From Macrostomum lignano (lineage: Eukaryota), in contig NIVC01001315.1 of the NCBI GenBank assembly GCA_002269645.1, positions 186,001-250,000 on the forward strand: a DNA stretch of 64,000 nucleotides, written 5' to 3'. How positions within the stretch are numbered: the stretch's first letter is position 1; every line of letters starts with the position of its first letter. The position numbers were made by a program, and so were the translations under genes. The notes beneath the pieces were generated by a model. It ran no database searches. It saw only the letters and a program-made list of their open reading frames with translations, and was not told where the DNA came from. This document shows positions 46,018-57,275 of the stretch, in pieces.

Positions 46018-47096
46018 GGGTCCACCCCAACTGCCAGCCGGAAAACTGCCAGCTGGAAAACTGCGAGCCGACAACTGCCAGCCGGAAAACTGCCAGCCGA
46101 CAATTGCCAGCCGACAACTGCCAGTCGACAACTGCCAGTCGACAATTGCCAGCCGAGAAAACTGCCAGCCGGAAAACTGCCAGCCGACAACTGCCAGTCG
46201 ACAATTGCCAGTCGACAATTGCCAGCCGAGAAAACTGCCAGCCGGAAAACTGCCAGCCGACAACTGCCAGTCGACAACTGCCAGCCGACAAGTTCTAGAT
46301 AATTGAATCTACTGTAGCCTACTTATTAGCTAAGTAAAAAGCACGAAACTGTTTGGCTAGTAAAAGGCTTGTGGGGTAGCCTTAAATGTCGCCCTTCCCT
46401 TCCCTAAATTTTTCAGATTTTCTGTAATGCCTATTGTAAATATTTCTGTATTGAAAGTTTATTTACTTTATTATTTAATTTGCGATTGCGATTACTATAT
46501 GACGCAATCCTAGATAAGTCTATTAAATTACTTTACTTAAATAAAGCTTTCAAAGAAAGAGCAAAGGCTACCTAAAATACGAAATTTGAATGCCTTCTCC
46601 TTCACATCCATACTTCTAATGGAAATCTGAAAAATTTAGGGAATGGAAGGGCGACATTTAAGGCTACCCCACAAGCCTTTTGCTAGCCAAACAGTTTCGT
46701 GCTTTTTACTTAGCTAATAAGTAGGCTACAGTAGATTCAATTATCTAGAACTTGTCGGCTGGCAGTTGTCGGCTGGCAGATTTCTCGGCTGGCAGTTGTC
46801 GGCTGGCAGTTTTCCGGCTGGCAGTTTTCTCGGCTGACAATTGTCGACTGGCAATTGTCGACTGGCAGTTGTCGGCTGGCAGTTTTCCGGCTGGCAGTTT
46901 TCTCGGCTGGCAATTGTCGGCTGACAGTTGTCGGCTGGGAGTTGTCGGCTGGCAATTGTCGGCTGGCAGTTGTCGACTGGCAGTTGTCGGCTGGCAATTG
47001 TCGGCTGGGAGTTGTCGGCTGGCAATTGTCGGCTGGCAGTTTTCCGGCTGGCAGTTGTCGGCTGGCAGTTTTCCGGCTGGCAGTTGGGGTGCTCCC
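46018..47096. mobile_element. Foldback (Mutator-like) element, 1079 bp, long inverted arms with tandem subrepeats, 9-bp TSD
   Basis: Termini GGGTCCACCCCAACTGCC / GGCAGTTGGGGTGCTCCC. TSD GCTCTGACA at 46009-46017 and 47097-47105. AACTGCCAGCCGAC arrays plus ~125 bp of unique sequence (46297-46423 versus 46622-46748) are inverted. Confidence 0.9.
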
Positions 47097-47712
47097 GCTC
47101 TGACATTCATCAGGACAAAACTGATTCTGCAGTGGGCATTCGATAGTTTTCTTGAGATTTTACTTTTTACAATAAACCAATCACAATGCAGTCACAATTT
47201 AAATGCGTGTAGTAATGCAGGCCTCATGTAAGCTTTGCTTTACAAGTCCGCTGAATACATTGTAAATGCGCATGCTAACCCAATTGCATAGATTACCGCA
47301 AAAATGTTCTTCTTGAACAAATTTATAAAATTAAGACGCAAATTGAATAGGGCAAAATCAGTCATGGCAACCGGCCGCTTGTAGCCAAGCTCACCGATGG
47401 AATCCGGAGCCGCGTACATGCACGTAACTTTTTACTTAATAGAAGATTGGTACCTGAACGACAGTCAATAATCAAGTGGTTTTAGATAAGCACCTCGAGA
47501 AGTATTCGTATGGTCCTTCAGATGAAAACTTCGGACTAAGCCAATTAAAGTTCTTAAAAAGTATATTTTCATAAGAAAACCAGTATAAAGTGTTTTGTTG
47601 TTCCAATTAGACATTTTTGCTGAAAAATTAAAATAATCAACTTGTATATATAGTAAGAGTCTAGAGTCGCTAACTATCTGCAATTTAGAGTTTCTCCTGG
47701 TTGAATTTCAGA

Positions 47713-49775
47713 TCACACAGGAGTGACACCTTTCACTGCCTTATTGTACTTAAAGAACAAAAAGCCCAGAGCGGCCCCGGTGAGGAGGTTCGTGGGCAGC
47801 AAAACGCCCAGAGTGATTGCCGCGGCCGTGTTGAAAACGAAGTTGCAGCTGGGGACCGGACCAATCGGTGGCCTTGTGCTGGGCTCAGGCGTTGCCGTTG
47901 TGGCGGTGGTCGTGGTCGAGGTCGTTGTCGAGGTCATGGCCGTGGTGGTGGGAGAAGACTCAACCAGAGTGTTTACATAGTTAAGCGTTTGATCCCAGAA
48001 GCCGCAGTCGTCACGTCGGAAGCCATACGGCACGTTGTAGCTCGACGCAAAAGTTTCAAGGTCGATAGTGAAGTTGTGGTAGAACCGGTGGCTGCTGTTG
48101 TACTTGGCCCAGACTTCCTCCTCGTCCCTAGGCACGGGATCGCCCGTCTCAACAAACTTGGCCAGGTAGTCCATCATGCGGACAGACAGATCGGCCTGCT
48201 CGGGTTTTACGATCGGAGCATCGTCGGTCGGGTTTCCGAAGAAGTAGTACGCGTCCGAGCCGTGAGAGGCGCCGATGTAGTTGGGTGTGTTGTCCTGCTC
48301 CGAGAACACGTAGAAGTAGACGTCGTTCGACGTTCCCTGCATTAAAAAATAGTTCGAAAATGCTGCAATCATACACTGCTCAGAGTTGCATGACTAGTTA
48401 AAGCGATATTACAGATGCTAGATAAGCTAACCTGGTTCTTCTCGGACATCTTCTCGGCGAACTCGTTCGCAGCGCTCACGAAGAGCCGATCAGAGGCTCC
48501 ATCCAGCCACCGCTTGTACTGCGCCGGTCCCGATGGGTTTCCGAAGTCCGTCAGTCGGTCGTACATCACATTCTGTCCAGTAACGCTCAGTAGGTCCGGT
48601 TGCCTCTCGTAGTACCTGAACTGGTCCCGGAGCACTCTCTCATAAGTGGCCCTGTCAGCCAGCTGGTCCTGTGTGAGCTTCTGCGACTCCAGGCTGCGCT
48701 CAACGTACACAGCAGCTTCTGCATTCGTCACTCCAATCATGAGACTCATCCCCTCAAAACGACCATTACGGAAGGCCTCAATGGGATCCTCCTTGATGTA
48801 GTCACCGTCGATGACTGGAGGAAACTCGACGCCCTGGAACAGACGGTTGTAGTTAAGCTGCTCGTTGACAAGCTTCTCGGGGGAAACCTCACGAAGGCAC
48901 TGGATTGTGGCATTGAAGTCGCCCTGATCCGGAAGAGGGCAGCTGAGCTGACGGACGGCAAAGTCCAAGTGAAGCCTCTCTACTAGGCTGGTGTCGTTCC
49001 GCACCGACCAGAAGACCATCGGAGAGCCGCCCAGCATGACGGCTCGCTTGAAGTACGTCTTCGTATTATCGTTCAGCATGTGGTACCCGACGGCTGCAGC
49101 TCCGGCGTCCAGACCCATCAGCGTCACCGTCTGCAGGTTTCCTCCGAACCTCTCGATGTTTTTATGCACGAACTCGAGTCCCAAGGCCTGATCTTTCAAG
49201 CCCATGTTTCCAGGCGCCACGGTAGAACTGAGTCGAAGAAAGCCGAGTACGCCAAGTCGGTACTGGAGACTCACGGTGACGATCGACTCGTGGGCTGTTA
49301 GAACACGGCCCGAATTGATTTCTTCGATGATGGAGCCGGTCTCGAAGCGGCCTCCATGGATCCACACGAGCACTGGGTAGCTTCCGGGGTTCGAGGAGGT
49401 TCCGTTGTACGGCGTCCAGATGTTGGCAGCGATGCAGCTCTCCGACATGGACTGGTAGTCTCCGCTCGCTCCGGGGTCTTGGTAGCACCTGCGGTCGAAA
49501 TCGAGCACATCCTGGACGAAGTCCCAATTGGTGAAGACGGGATGAGCAAATCGAAACTCTCCGGTGGGAACCTTGGCGAAGTTGATGCCGAGGAAGGAAC
49601 CGATGTGTACCATGTTTTTGTCTCCAGATCCTTTTGTCTCAATCACGGCGCCTCTGATAGGGCCTTGAGTTGTGGTGACGTTGAGGTACCGCACGATGGT
49701 GAAGTTCCTCTGGGCAGAGACCGCCGCGGCTGACAGAGCCAGCAGCAGCAGCAGGGTAGTGAGGGTCGATTCCAT
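47713..49775 (-). CDS. Cholinesterase/carboxylesterase-fold type I membrane protein A, catalytic Ser replaced by Asp; exons 49775-48432 and 48336-47713; 655 aa
   Basis: Signal peptide; FLGINFAKVP; SESCIAANIWTP; VLVWIHGGRF; VSLQYRLGVLGFL; GNMGLKDQALGL; VTLMGLDAGAAAV; GVTNAE; GASHGSD; Thr-rich stalk; hydrophobic segment; tail KYNKAVKGVTPV*. Confidence 0.93.
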
Positions 49776-50012
49776 GGCCAGTCTGTGTGGTGTGAGAGGT
49801 CTCTGGATCTGCTCCGCGGCCTCTGGCTCGGGCGAACGCAGCTAATATTTCTGCGCTGATTAGATACTGTAAGTTTGTTTTTAGTAACCAAGGCAACTAG
49901 AATTTTAACTTTTATTGATAAGGCCTTAGTAGACATATTGGTCTTCGCTCAGAGGCGCATTTGGTTTCACAAAAATTAATTTTGGAAACGCCACTCAATA
50001 CCAGCAATTTCG

Positions 50013-52048
50013 ATGGCATCGACCCTCACTACCCTGCTGCTGCTGCTGGCTCTGTCAGCCGCGGCGGTCTCTGCCCAGAGGAACTTCACCATCGTGCGGT
50101 ACCTCAACGTCACCACAACTCAAGGCCCTATCAGAGGCGCCGTGATTGAGACAAAAGGATCTGGAGACAAAAACATGGTACACATCGGTTCCTTCTTGGG
50201 CATCAACTTCGCCAAGGTTCCCACTGGAGAGTTTCGATTTGCTCATCCCGTCTTCACTAAGTGGGACTTCGTCCAGGATGTGCTCGATTTCGACCGCAGG
50301 TGCTACCAAGACCCCGGAGCGAGCGGAGACTACCAGACCATGTCGGAGAGCTGCATCGCTGCCAACATCTGGACGCCGTACAACGGAACCTCCTCGAACC
50401 CCGGAAGCTACCCAGTGCTTGTGTGGATCCATGGAGGCCGCTTCGAGACCGGCTCCATCATCGAAGAAATCAATTCGGGCCGTGTTCTAACAGCCCACGA
50501 GTCGATCGTCACCGTGAGTCTCCAGTACCGACTTGGCGTACTCGGCTTTCTTCGACTCAGCTCTACCGTGGCGCCTGGAAACATGGGCTTGAAGGATCAG
50601 GCCTTGGGACTCGAGTTCGTGCATAAAAACATCGAGAGGTTCGGAGGAAACCTGCAGACGGTGACGCTGATGGGTCTGGACGCCGGAGCTGCAGCCGTCG
50701 GGTACCACATGCTGAACGACAATACGAAGACGTACTTCAAGCGAGCCGTCATGCTGGGCGGCTCTCCGATGGTCTTCTGGTCGGTGCGCCAAAGCACAAC
50801 CGACGTGGAGAGGCTTCACGCAAAATTCGCCAGGGAGAAGCTGAACTGCGATCCTGATCGACTCGGTCTTGATGAAGCATTGAAGTGCTTGCGAGAAGTG
50901 GGTCCCGAGGCACTGATTAATGCTCAAAAAGAGTTCATCAAGGATTTTCAAGGTATTGAGTTTCCCCCGGTGATCGACGGTGACTACATCAAGGAGGACC
51001 CGGTTGTGGCGCTGCGAGGCCTCCGATTCGAACCAAAGCAGCTAATTATTGGCTTCACAAACTCAGAGGCCGCTACTTACGTAGAGTCATCGCTTCGTGA
51101 CAAGGGTTGGTCAAAGGAGGATCTTCAGGATCCCGCCAAGTACCGCAGCGTTATCGAGGACAACTTCCGCACCTACGAGCGAGAGCCGGACATCATGTCT
51201 ACCGCCGCCCGCAAGTTCATGACTGACAGATTCACCAGCTTTAGCAATCCTTCCGCTGAAGTCAACTTCCGGCGATGGCTCGATGCCGCCTCGGACCGCC
51301 TGTTCGTCTGCGCAGCCAACGAGTTCGCGGATCTTTCTACGCGGGTGACCGGTCAGGTGAGGGTTCCTTCAGTGCGCTTTTTTTTGTGTGTACATGTATA
51401 CAAGGACTCCTGCAAACAATAATGATTCAGTTTCCATCCAAGTTCGCCTTGTATCAAACATCCATCTACTTATTTCAGTCGGTGGACGTCTACTTCTACG
51501 TGTTCTCCGAGCAAGACAACACACCCAACTACGTCGGCGCCTCCCATGGCTCGGACGCGTACTACTTCTTCGGAAACCCGACCGACGATGCGCCGATCGT
51601 GTCGCCTGAGCAGGCCCAGCTGTCCGTCCGCATGATGGACTACCTGTCCAGGTTCGTGGCTACCGGGGACCCGGTGCCCAGGGACAACGACAGGGTCTGG
51701 GCCAAGTTCAACATCAGCCAGAAGTACTACCACAACTTCACCGCCGATTCAAGCGCCGGTTACAACATCAAATACGGTTTTCACCGCGATGACTGCGGCT
51801 TCTGGGACAAGACGCTGAAGTACGTCAACAGTCTCCAGTCAACGGCGCTAGCCCCAGCACCAGAGGATGTCCCGAAGGTCCGCGTAGTCCGAGACGTTCA
51901 CACTAACCTGACCTTAAATGAAGCGGGGATCTGCGATAATGTCGTGAACGCCACCACCCTGGCCATCATGATCCCCCTGCTCATCAGCAATGTTGCCCTG
52001 CTGGGCGCGCTGGTGTGGCTCCTGATCAAGTACAACTCGCTGGGCTGA
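50013..52048 (+). CDS. Cholinesterase/carboxylesterase-fold membrane protein B, catalytic Ser replaced by Asp; exons 50013-51356 and 51479-52048; 637 aa
   Basis: Same motifs as copy A (GLDAG with GAC at 50679-50681, GFTNSE, GASHGSD). Intron at the same position, after 1344 coding nt. C-terminal hydrophobic segment and short tail KYNSLG*. Confidence 0.93.
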
Positions 52049-53256
52049 GCTGGCGGTTTGAGCAGTCGAAACTGAGCGGATTTGACTTTCTAACTAACAA
52101 TGTAGAGTGCACTGCACGAGCTCGTTCTTAGATTTATACATTTATTTATATATCTATACATATCGGTTTCAAACAAGGCTATTTGAGACGCGCTTAATAG
52201 GTAAACTAATTCGAGAAATTGATAATCTGTTTTTTTTCCAACGACCAACTCTTCAATGTTCCAACCAAACAAATAAATTTTATAAATTTTATATTTCCGT
52301 TTCTTAGTGAGGTGGTTTTTTAGTGAGTAAAATTACCAACAAAGACTGGTCCTTGTGTCAAGTTTCACTTCTTCTGTAGCACTTCATCTCTACATTTTTT
52401 AATCCCTAGTCTAATGGGACCACGTTTAGTGACACCTTTGCTTTGCCTGCAGTTTTGAGCATTCATATATGGCAGCAAGCACAACTCTAAAGACTTCGCT
52501 AAGGTTAGCCAAGACAGCAACCATTGACAACACCAGCCATCAGGCAGGTTCGATCAGAGAGAAAAGCGCAGCGCCTCCACGGGGGCAAGTAGCGGTTGCC
52601 AGTAGCAACCGGTGGCAACAAAACTCTCTCTGGGGTGGCCTGTCGCTTATCTTAAGGGAATTTCAAGCGGTCCAAATCTCAAGTGGCGCGCACTGACATG
52701 CTTAAGAATACTTTTTTGCCCCCCTCACGCATCTTGCAGATAAGCGGAGCCGCAGCTGATGCCCCAGCTGGCACCACTCGGCTCGGAGCCGCCTTCGGGT
52801 CAGGCCGCGCCACCCCCCCCCCTATCAGCTCCTCCGACAGTAGAGAGAATTTTCTCTCTCGCCGTCTGCATTTGAAACTTTCTGCCGCTGCTTCGATAGG
52901 GCGCATTACTTTTAGAGGCCATCAGCCGTTATCTCGGTTCACTGTTCAATATTTTTCAAGTTTCACCTGCCCGCAGGTTGCTGCAGAAGTGGTTTTATCT
53001 TCTACAGAGTTTCATATCAGCGGGTCTACAGCAGTCAGCTATTGCAATTTGATCTTGACATTCTAGATTCAACCAGATTTTACTGCTCAAAATTTTTATC
53101 AACACTTTTGTTGGCGAGTCTAAGTTTTCTCTTAGACATGAACTTTTAAAACTTGGATACGCAGTGGTGGCAAAAGTCAGCAAACAATCCTGTTTTGATT
53201 CGAGGAGCATGCAGGCTGATCCCAGACCATCTCTCCTCATCTAAGGTCAAACTTTG

Positions 53257-53775
53257 ACACATCCCAACTCTGACACATCCCAACTCTGGCACATCCCAAC
53301 TCTGGCATATCCCAACTCTGACACATCCCAACTCTGACACATCCCAACTCTGACACATCACAACTCTGACACATCCCAACTCTGACACATCCCAACTCTG
53401 ACACATCACAACTCTGACACATCCCAACTCTGACACATCCCAACTCTGACACATCCCAACTCTGACACATCCCAACTCTGACACATCCCAACTCTGACAC
53501 ATCCCAACTCTAGCACATCCCAACTCTGACACATCCCAACTCTGACACATCACAACTCTGACACATCACAACTCTGACACATCCCAACTCTGACACATCC
53601 CAACTCTGACACATCCCAACTCTGACACATCCCAAGTCTGACACATCCCAACTCTGACACATCCCAACTCTGACACATCCCAACTCTGACACATCCCAAC
53701 TCTGACACATCCCAACTCTGACGCATCCCAACTCTGACACATCCCAACTCTGACGCATCCCAACTCTGACACATT
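53257..53775. repeat. 16-bp minisatellite ACATCCCAACTCTGAC
   Basis: ~32 tandem copies. Confidence 0.95.
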
Positions 53776-54469
53776 ACTTTATTTCTTTTCCCCACCAAAA
53801 TTCAAAATTCGGTGTGTCACTAAAAGCTGAAAGTTACTACTGCAGCTGGTTCTGGAGCAGTAGTGCGAATTGAGTCCACCTCGCTGTCTTCAATATTCAG
53901 CCTGGGAGGCGCCTCACCTCCATGCATCCCGAATTACGCAACGGAGTTGAGCAGTGTAGCAGAACCTCAATGCCAGGTGTGCGGGAGCAGCCTGAGCGGC
54001 CATAAAGGCAGAAGTCACCTCCGCTCTCACTCAGGTGGCGCCAAAGCTCGGCACCCATGTTGAGCATGACTCACTGGGCCTTTGCTATGAGATTTTCGTG
54101 AGGTCGCCTTTGATAAACTACACGGCAGGTTCTGGTAATTGGAGTCGGGGCCGCCGCTTGTCTCCTCCCCCCTTTGTCCTCGGCTGATCCCCGCAAATCG
54201 TCCGAGGCCCCCCAGCCCCGCCTCTGTGGGCAGCGGAGAATCTTGGAGGATCGGCGGGCAGGAAATTCCCTGTGCAACGGAGTCGCGTGCGGGCAATAAA
54301 GGGGAAAATCTGCGGGGATCACAAAGGTGGGAGGAGACCAAGAGGAGAAGGGGTGGGGCAGAGGAGAGCCGGATCGGAGGAAGAGGCTATGGGGATAAAA
54401 AGGCAGTTCAGGTGCTCCATTTCTGCTTGTCATGCGTGGCTGCGGCACGTGAGGCTAGAGATGGACTGT

Positions 54470-54729
54470 TGAGTGAGTGAGTGAGTGAGTGAGTGAGTGA
54501 GTGAGTGAGTGAGTGAGTGAGTGAGTGAGTGAGTGAGTGAGTGAGTGAGTGAGTGAGTGAGTGAGTGAGTGAGTGAGTGAGTGAGTGTGTGAGTGAGTGA
54601 GTGAGTGAGTGAGTGAGTGAGTGAGTGAGTGAGTGAGTGAGTGAGTGAGTGAGTGAGTGAGTGAGTGAGTGAGTGAGTGAGTGAGTGAGTGAGTGAGTGA
54701 GTGAGTGTGTGAGTGAGTGAGTGAGTGAG
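54470..54729. repeat. (GAGT)n microsatellite
   Basis: ~65 copies. Confidence 0.98.
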
Positions 54730-56468
54730 AAGGCAGCAATTAGATTGGCAGTGAGGAATTAAATAACCAGCCAGCTGCTGAGTGCAGCTTCATCATCATA
54801 ATCCATCAATAGCCTGGACTATGCCTGGCGCAATGCCTCCACTCTGAAATTGCATTTTTCGTATTTATGCGAAATATTCGAGTATTCGAGCTCGCCGAGC
54901 AGTCGAACCTATCGCCGTCGAATAGCGCTCAGAAAATGAGATGCCGAGGCGGAGAGTCGATGGATGACGCAATCAGGGGGGGGGCGATGCTGCGCAGCCT
55001 GCGGGGACTTTGGCGGCGCTGTAATTGGATTTGGCGCAGCCCGAACCCTGCGGCTACTTGAGCTGGGAAATAATTCCCCCCGCCAGCCCGCTCGCTCGAG
55101 ACGCAGACGGACAGCCAAACTCTGCGATGCGGAGTGTGAGACCATCTGACAGCATCTGACAGCGGAACCTGCCGCCTCCGTGGGGAACTTGGCGATTGGT
55201 TTTGACGCGGGAAATCGGCTGAGGCGTCGCGGCGCCGGTAATGCGCGCCCGGGCAGGAAATGAATGGGAAAGCTGGCTGGTGACAAGGACAAAGACACAA
55301 GAACCTGGACAAAGACTGATTGGAAGATTGCGGCTGGCTTCCCCGCCCCTTTCCTTGCCTTCCCCCCCCCGGGTCACGGAAGCCGCAACTCCGTTGTCTG
55401 GGTGAAATTGGATTCAACCCGGCATTCGGGAGAGCTGAGAGATGAGGCGCGGGTCGGCCGTGACTCACCGGGCCGGGTGAGACAATCGGCAGTCCGTCAG
55501 CGCCAGCGAAATTGAATTCGGCGTGAAATCGGCCGCCCTCATCAGCTTATCAGCCCGGCAGGCCGCAGAAGTGCGCCGAGGCCGCCCCGCCGAAATTCGA
55601 TCAGTCCAGCGCGCGAGGTCGCCAGCGAACTGAAAAAGCGGCGGCGCGGGGACACTTAAAAGGTCTGTGACCCTCCCCGACCCCTCCCGACCCCCTCACT
55701 GCAGAATGGTTCAGAGCTTTTATTCAACTAAATTCTCGCCGAAAGTTCGAGAGCTCAAAGAGGGGTCGGGTGAGGCGAGAAAATCTATCGAGTGCCGGGG
55801 CTCAGGCAGGCAGCCTGAGAGCTGAGAGAAAAAGCCTGATTTTCCTAGAAACTGTCAATCAAAGCGCCGGCATTCGCTCACAGGCCAGCTTTGAGCCGGG
55901 CAAAGGAAGTGAAAATGCAAAGCCGGGGTGCCTTCTTCATCAGGGCAGCTCGGGACACAGCGCGAAAGACTGAAAGTCACAAGAGCCCGGCTGCTCAAAG
56001 TCAAGACCTTCAGCCCCTTCCCGGTGCTCAAGGCGGCCCGAATCCCGGGGATTTTTGCTCAGTTCTCAAGATTCTTCGCGGCCTTCTAGGTGCGCGAAAG
56101 AAACTCGAATTGATGAAGCTGGCTGCCACGGAGGCTAGGGGGGGGGGGCTCAAACCTGCTAATTGTCGGGCGGGAAGAAAGCGGAGGGGATCAAACATCG
56201 AAAGTGGGAGAATAAGGGGAGCTGCACTGCATGGGGGCGGTTCGGTTCTCGCCTGGAGTCGGGAAAGTAAAATGATGGGGCTGCGGTTGCATAACCGGCC
56301 CTTCTGGCCCCCCCCTCAGTAGCCGCATTTTCGAGTGCCCCCCTCCAGCCCCGATGACTGGCCGGCCCACTTGAGTCGGGAGTGACTTGCGCCAGGGAGA
56401 TCCGGGATGCAGAACTGGGTTGGAAGCTCCTACATTTACCTTAGGACTCATGCATATTTCTGGAAACT

Positions 56469-56810
56469 TCAGTTTTTGGGCCAGCCTCCCAGATCCTCAG
56501 CTGCTGGGCCAGCCTCCCAGATCCTCAGTAGCTGGGCCGGCCTCCCAGATCCTCAGCTGCTGGGCCGGCCTCCCAGATCCTCAGTTGTTAGACCAGCCTC
56601 CCAGAACCTCAGTAGCTGGGCCGGCCTCCCAGATCCTCAGCTGCTGGGCCGGCCTCCCAGATCCTCAGTTGTTAGACCAGCCTCCCAGAACCTCAGTAGC
56701 TGGGCCGGCCTCCCAGATCCTCAGCTGCTGGGCCGGCCTCCCAGATCCTCAGCTGCTGGGCCGGCCTCCCAGATCCTCAGTTGCTGTACCAGCCTCCCAG
56801 ATACTCAGTT
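56469..56810. repeat. 28-bp minisatellite, same family as 39980-40556
   Basis: GCTGGGCC(A/G)GCCTCCCAGATCCTCAG units. Confidence 0.92.
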
Positions 56811-57275
56811 GTTACCGACAAGCTTCAAGCTTTTCACAAGCAAACAAGCTTCAGTCCTACTTATTGAAAAGTCACGTTTTACTTGTCATTATTTGTCAGG
56901 CCAGTAAAAGTAGCAAATTGATGGGTTTAAAATTGCATTGATTTAGCCCGGCCGAACTCGATCCCATCCCAATATCGCACTGGAGTGGCGCTCCAGACTT
57001 AAGATCTGGAACTCCTGGAGAGAAGCTGGAAAGAATAATGGGCTACGGCTGGAGTGGGAAAATATCCCTTCTCCAAATTTTAAAGCCCCTTACAACCCCG
57101 TGAGTGGGTGAGAATGAGAGGCAGCAAATGGGAGCTGCCGCCCTCCCCCCAGGCCCTCCTCATTGCCGAGGAAACCCCGAGAAAAAAATATCGCTCGCTT
57201 AGGCAGGACCGGCGCCCAGTCAGACGGAGCAAAATCTCCTGTCCCCCGCCTTGCTCCTAGAAGCACACTGGCAAG

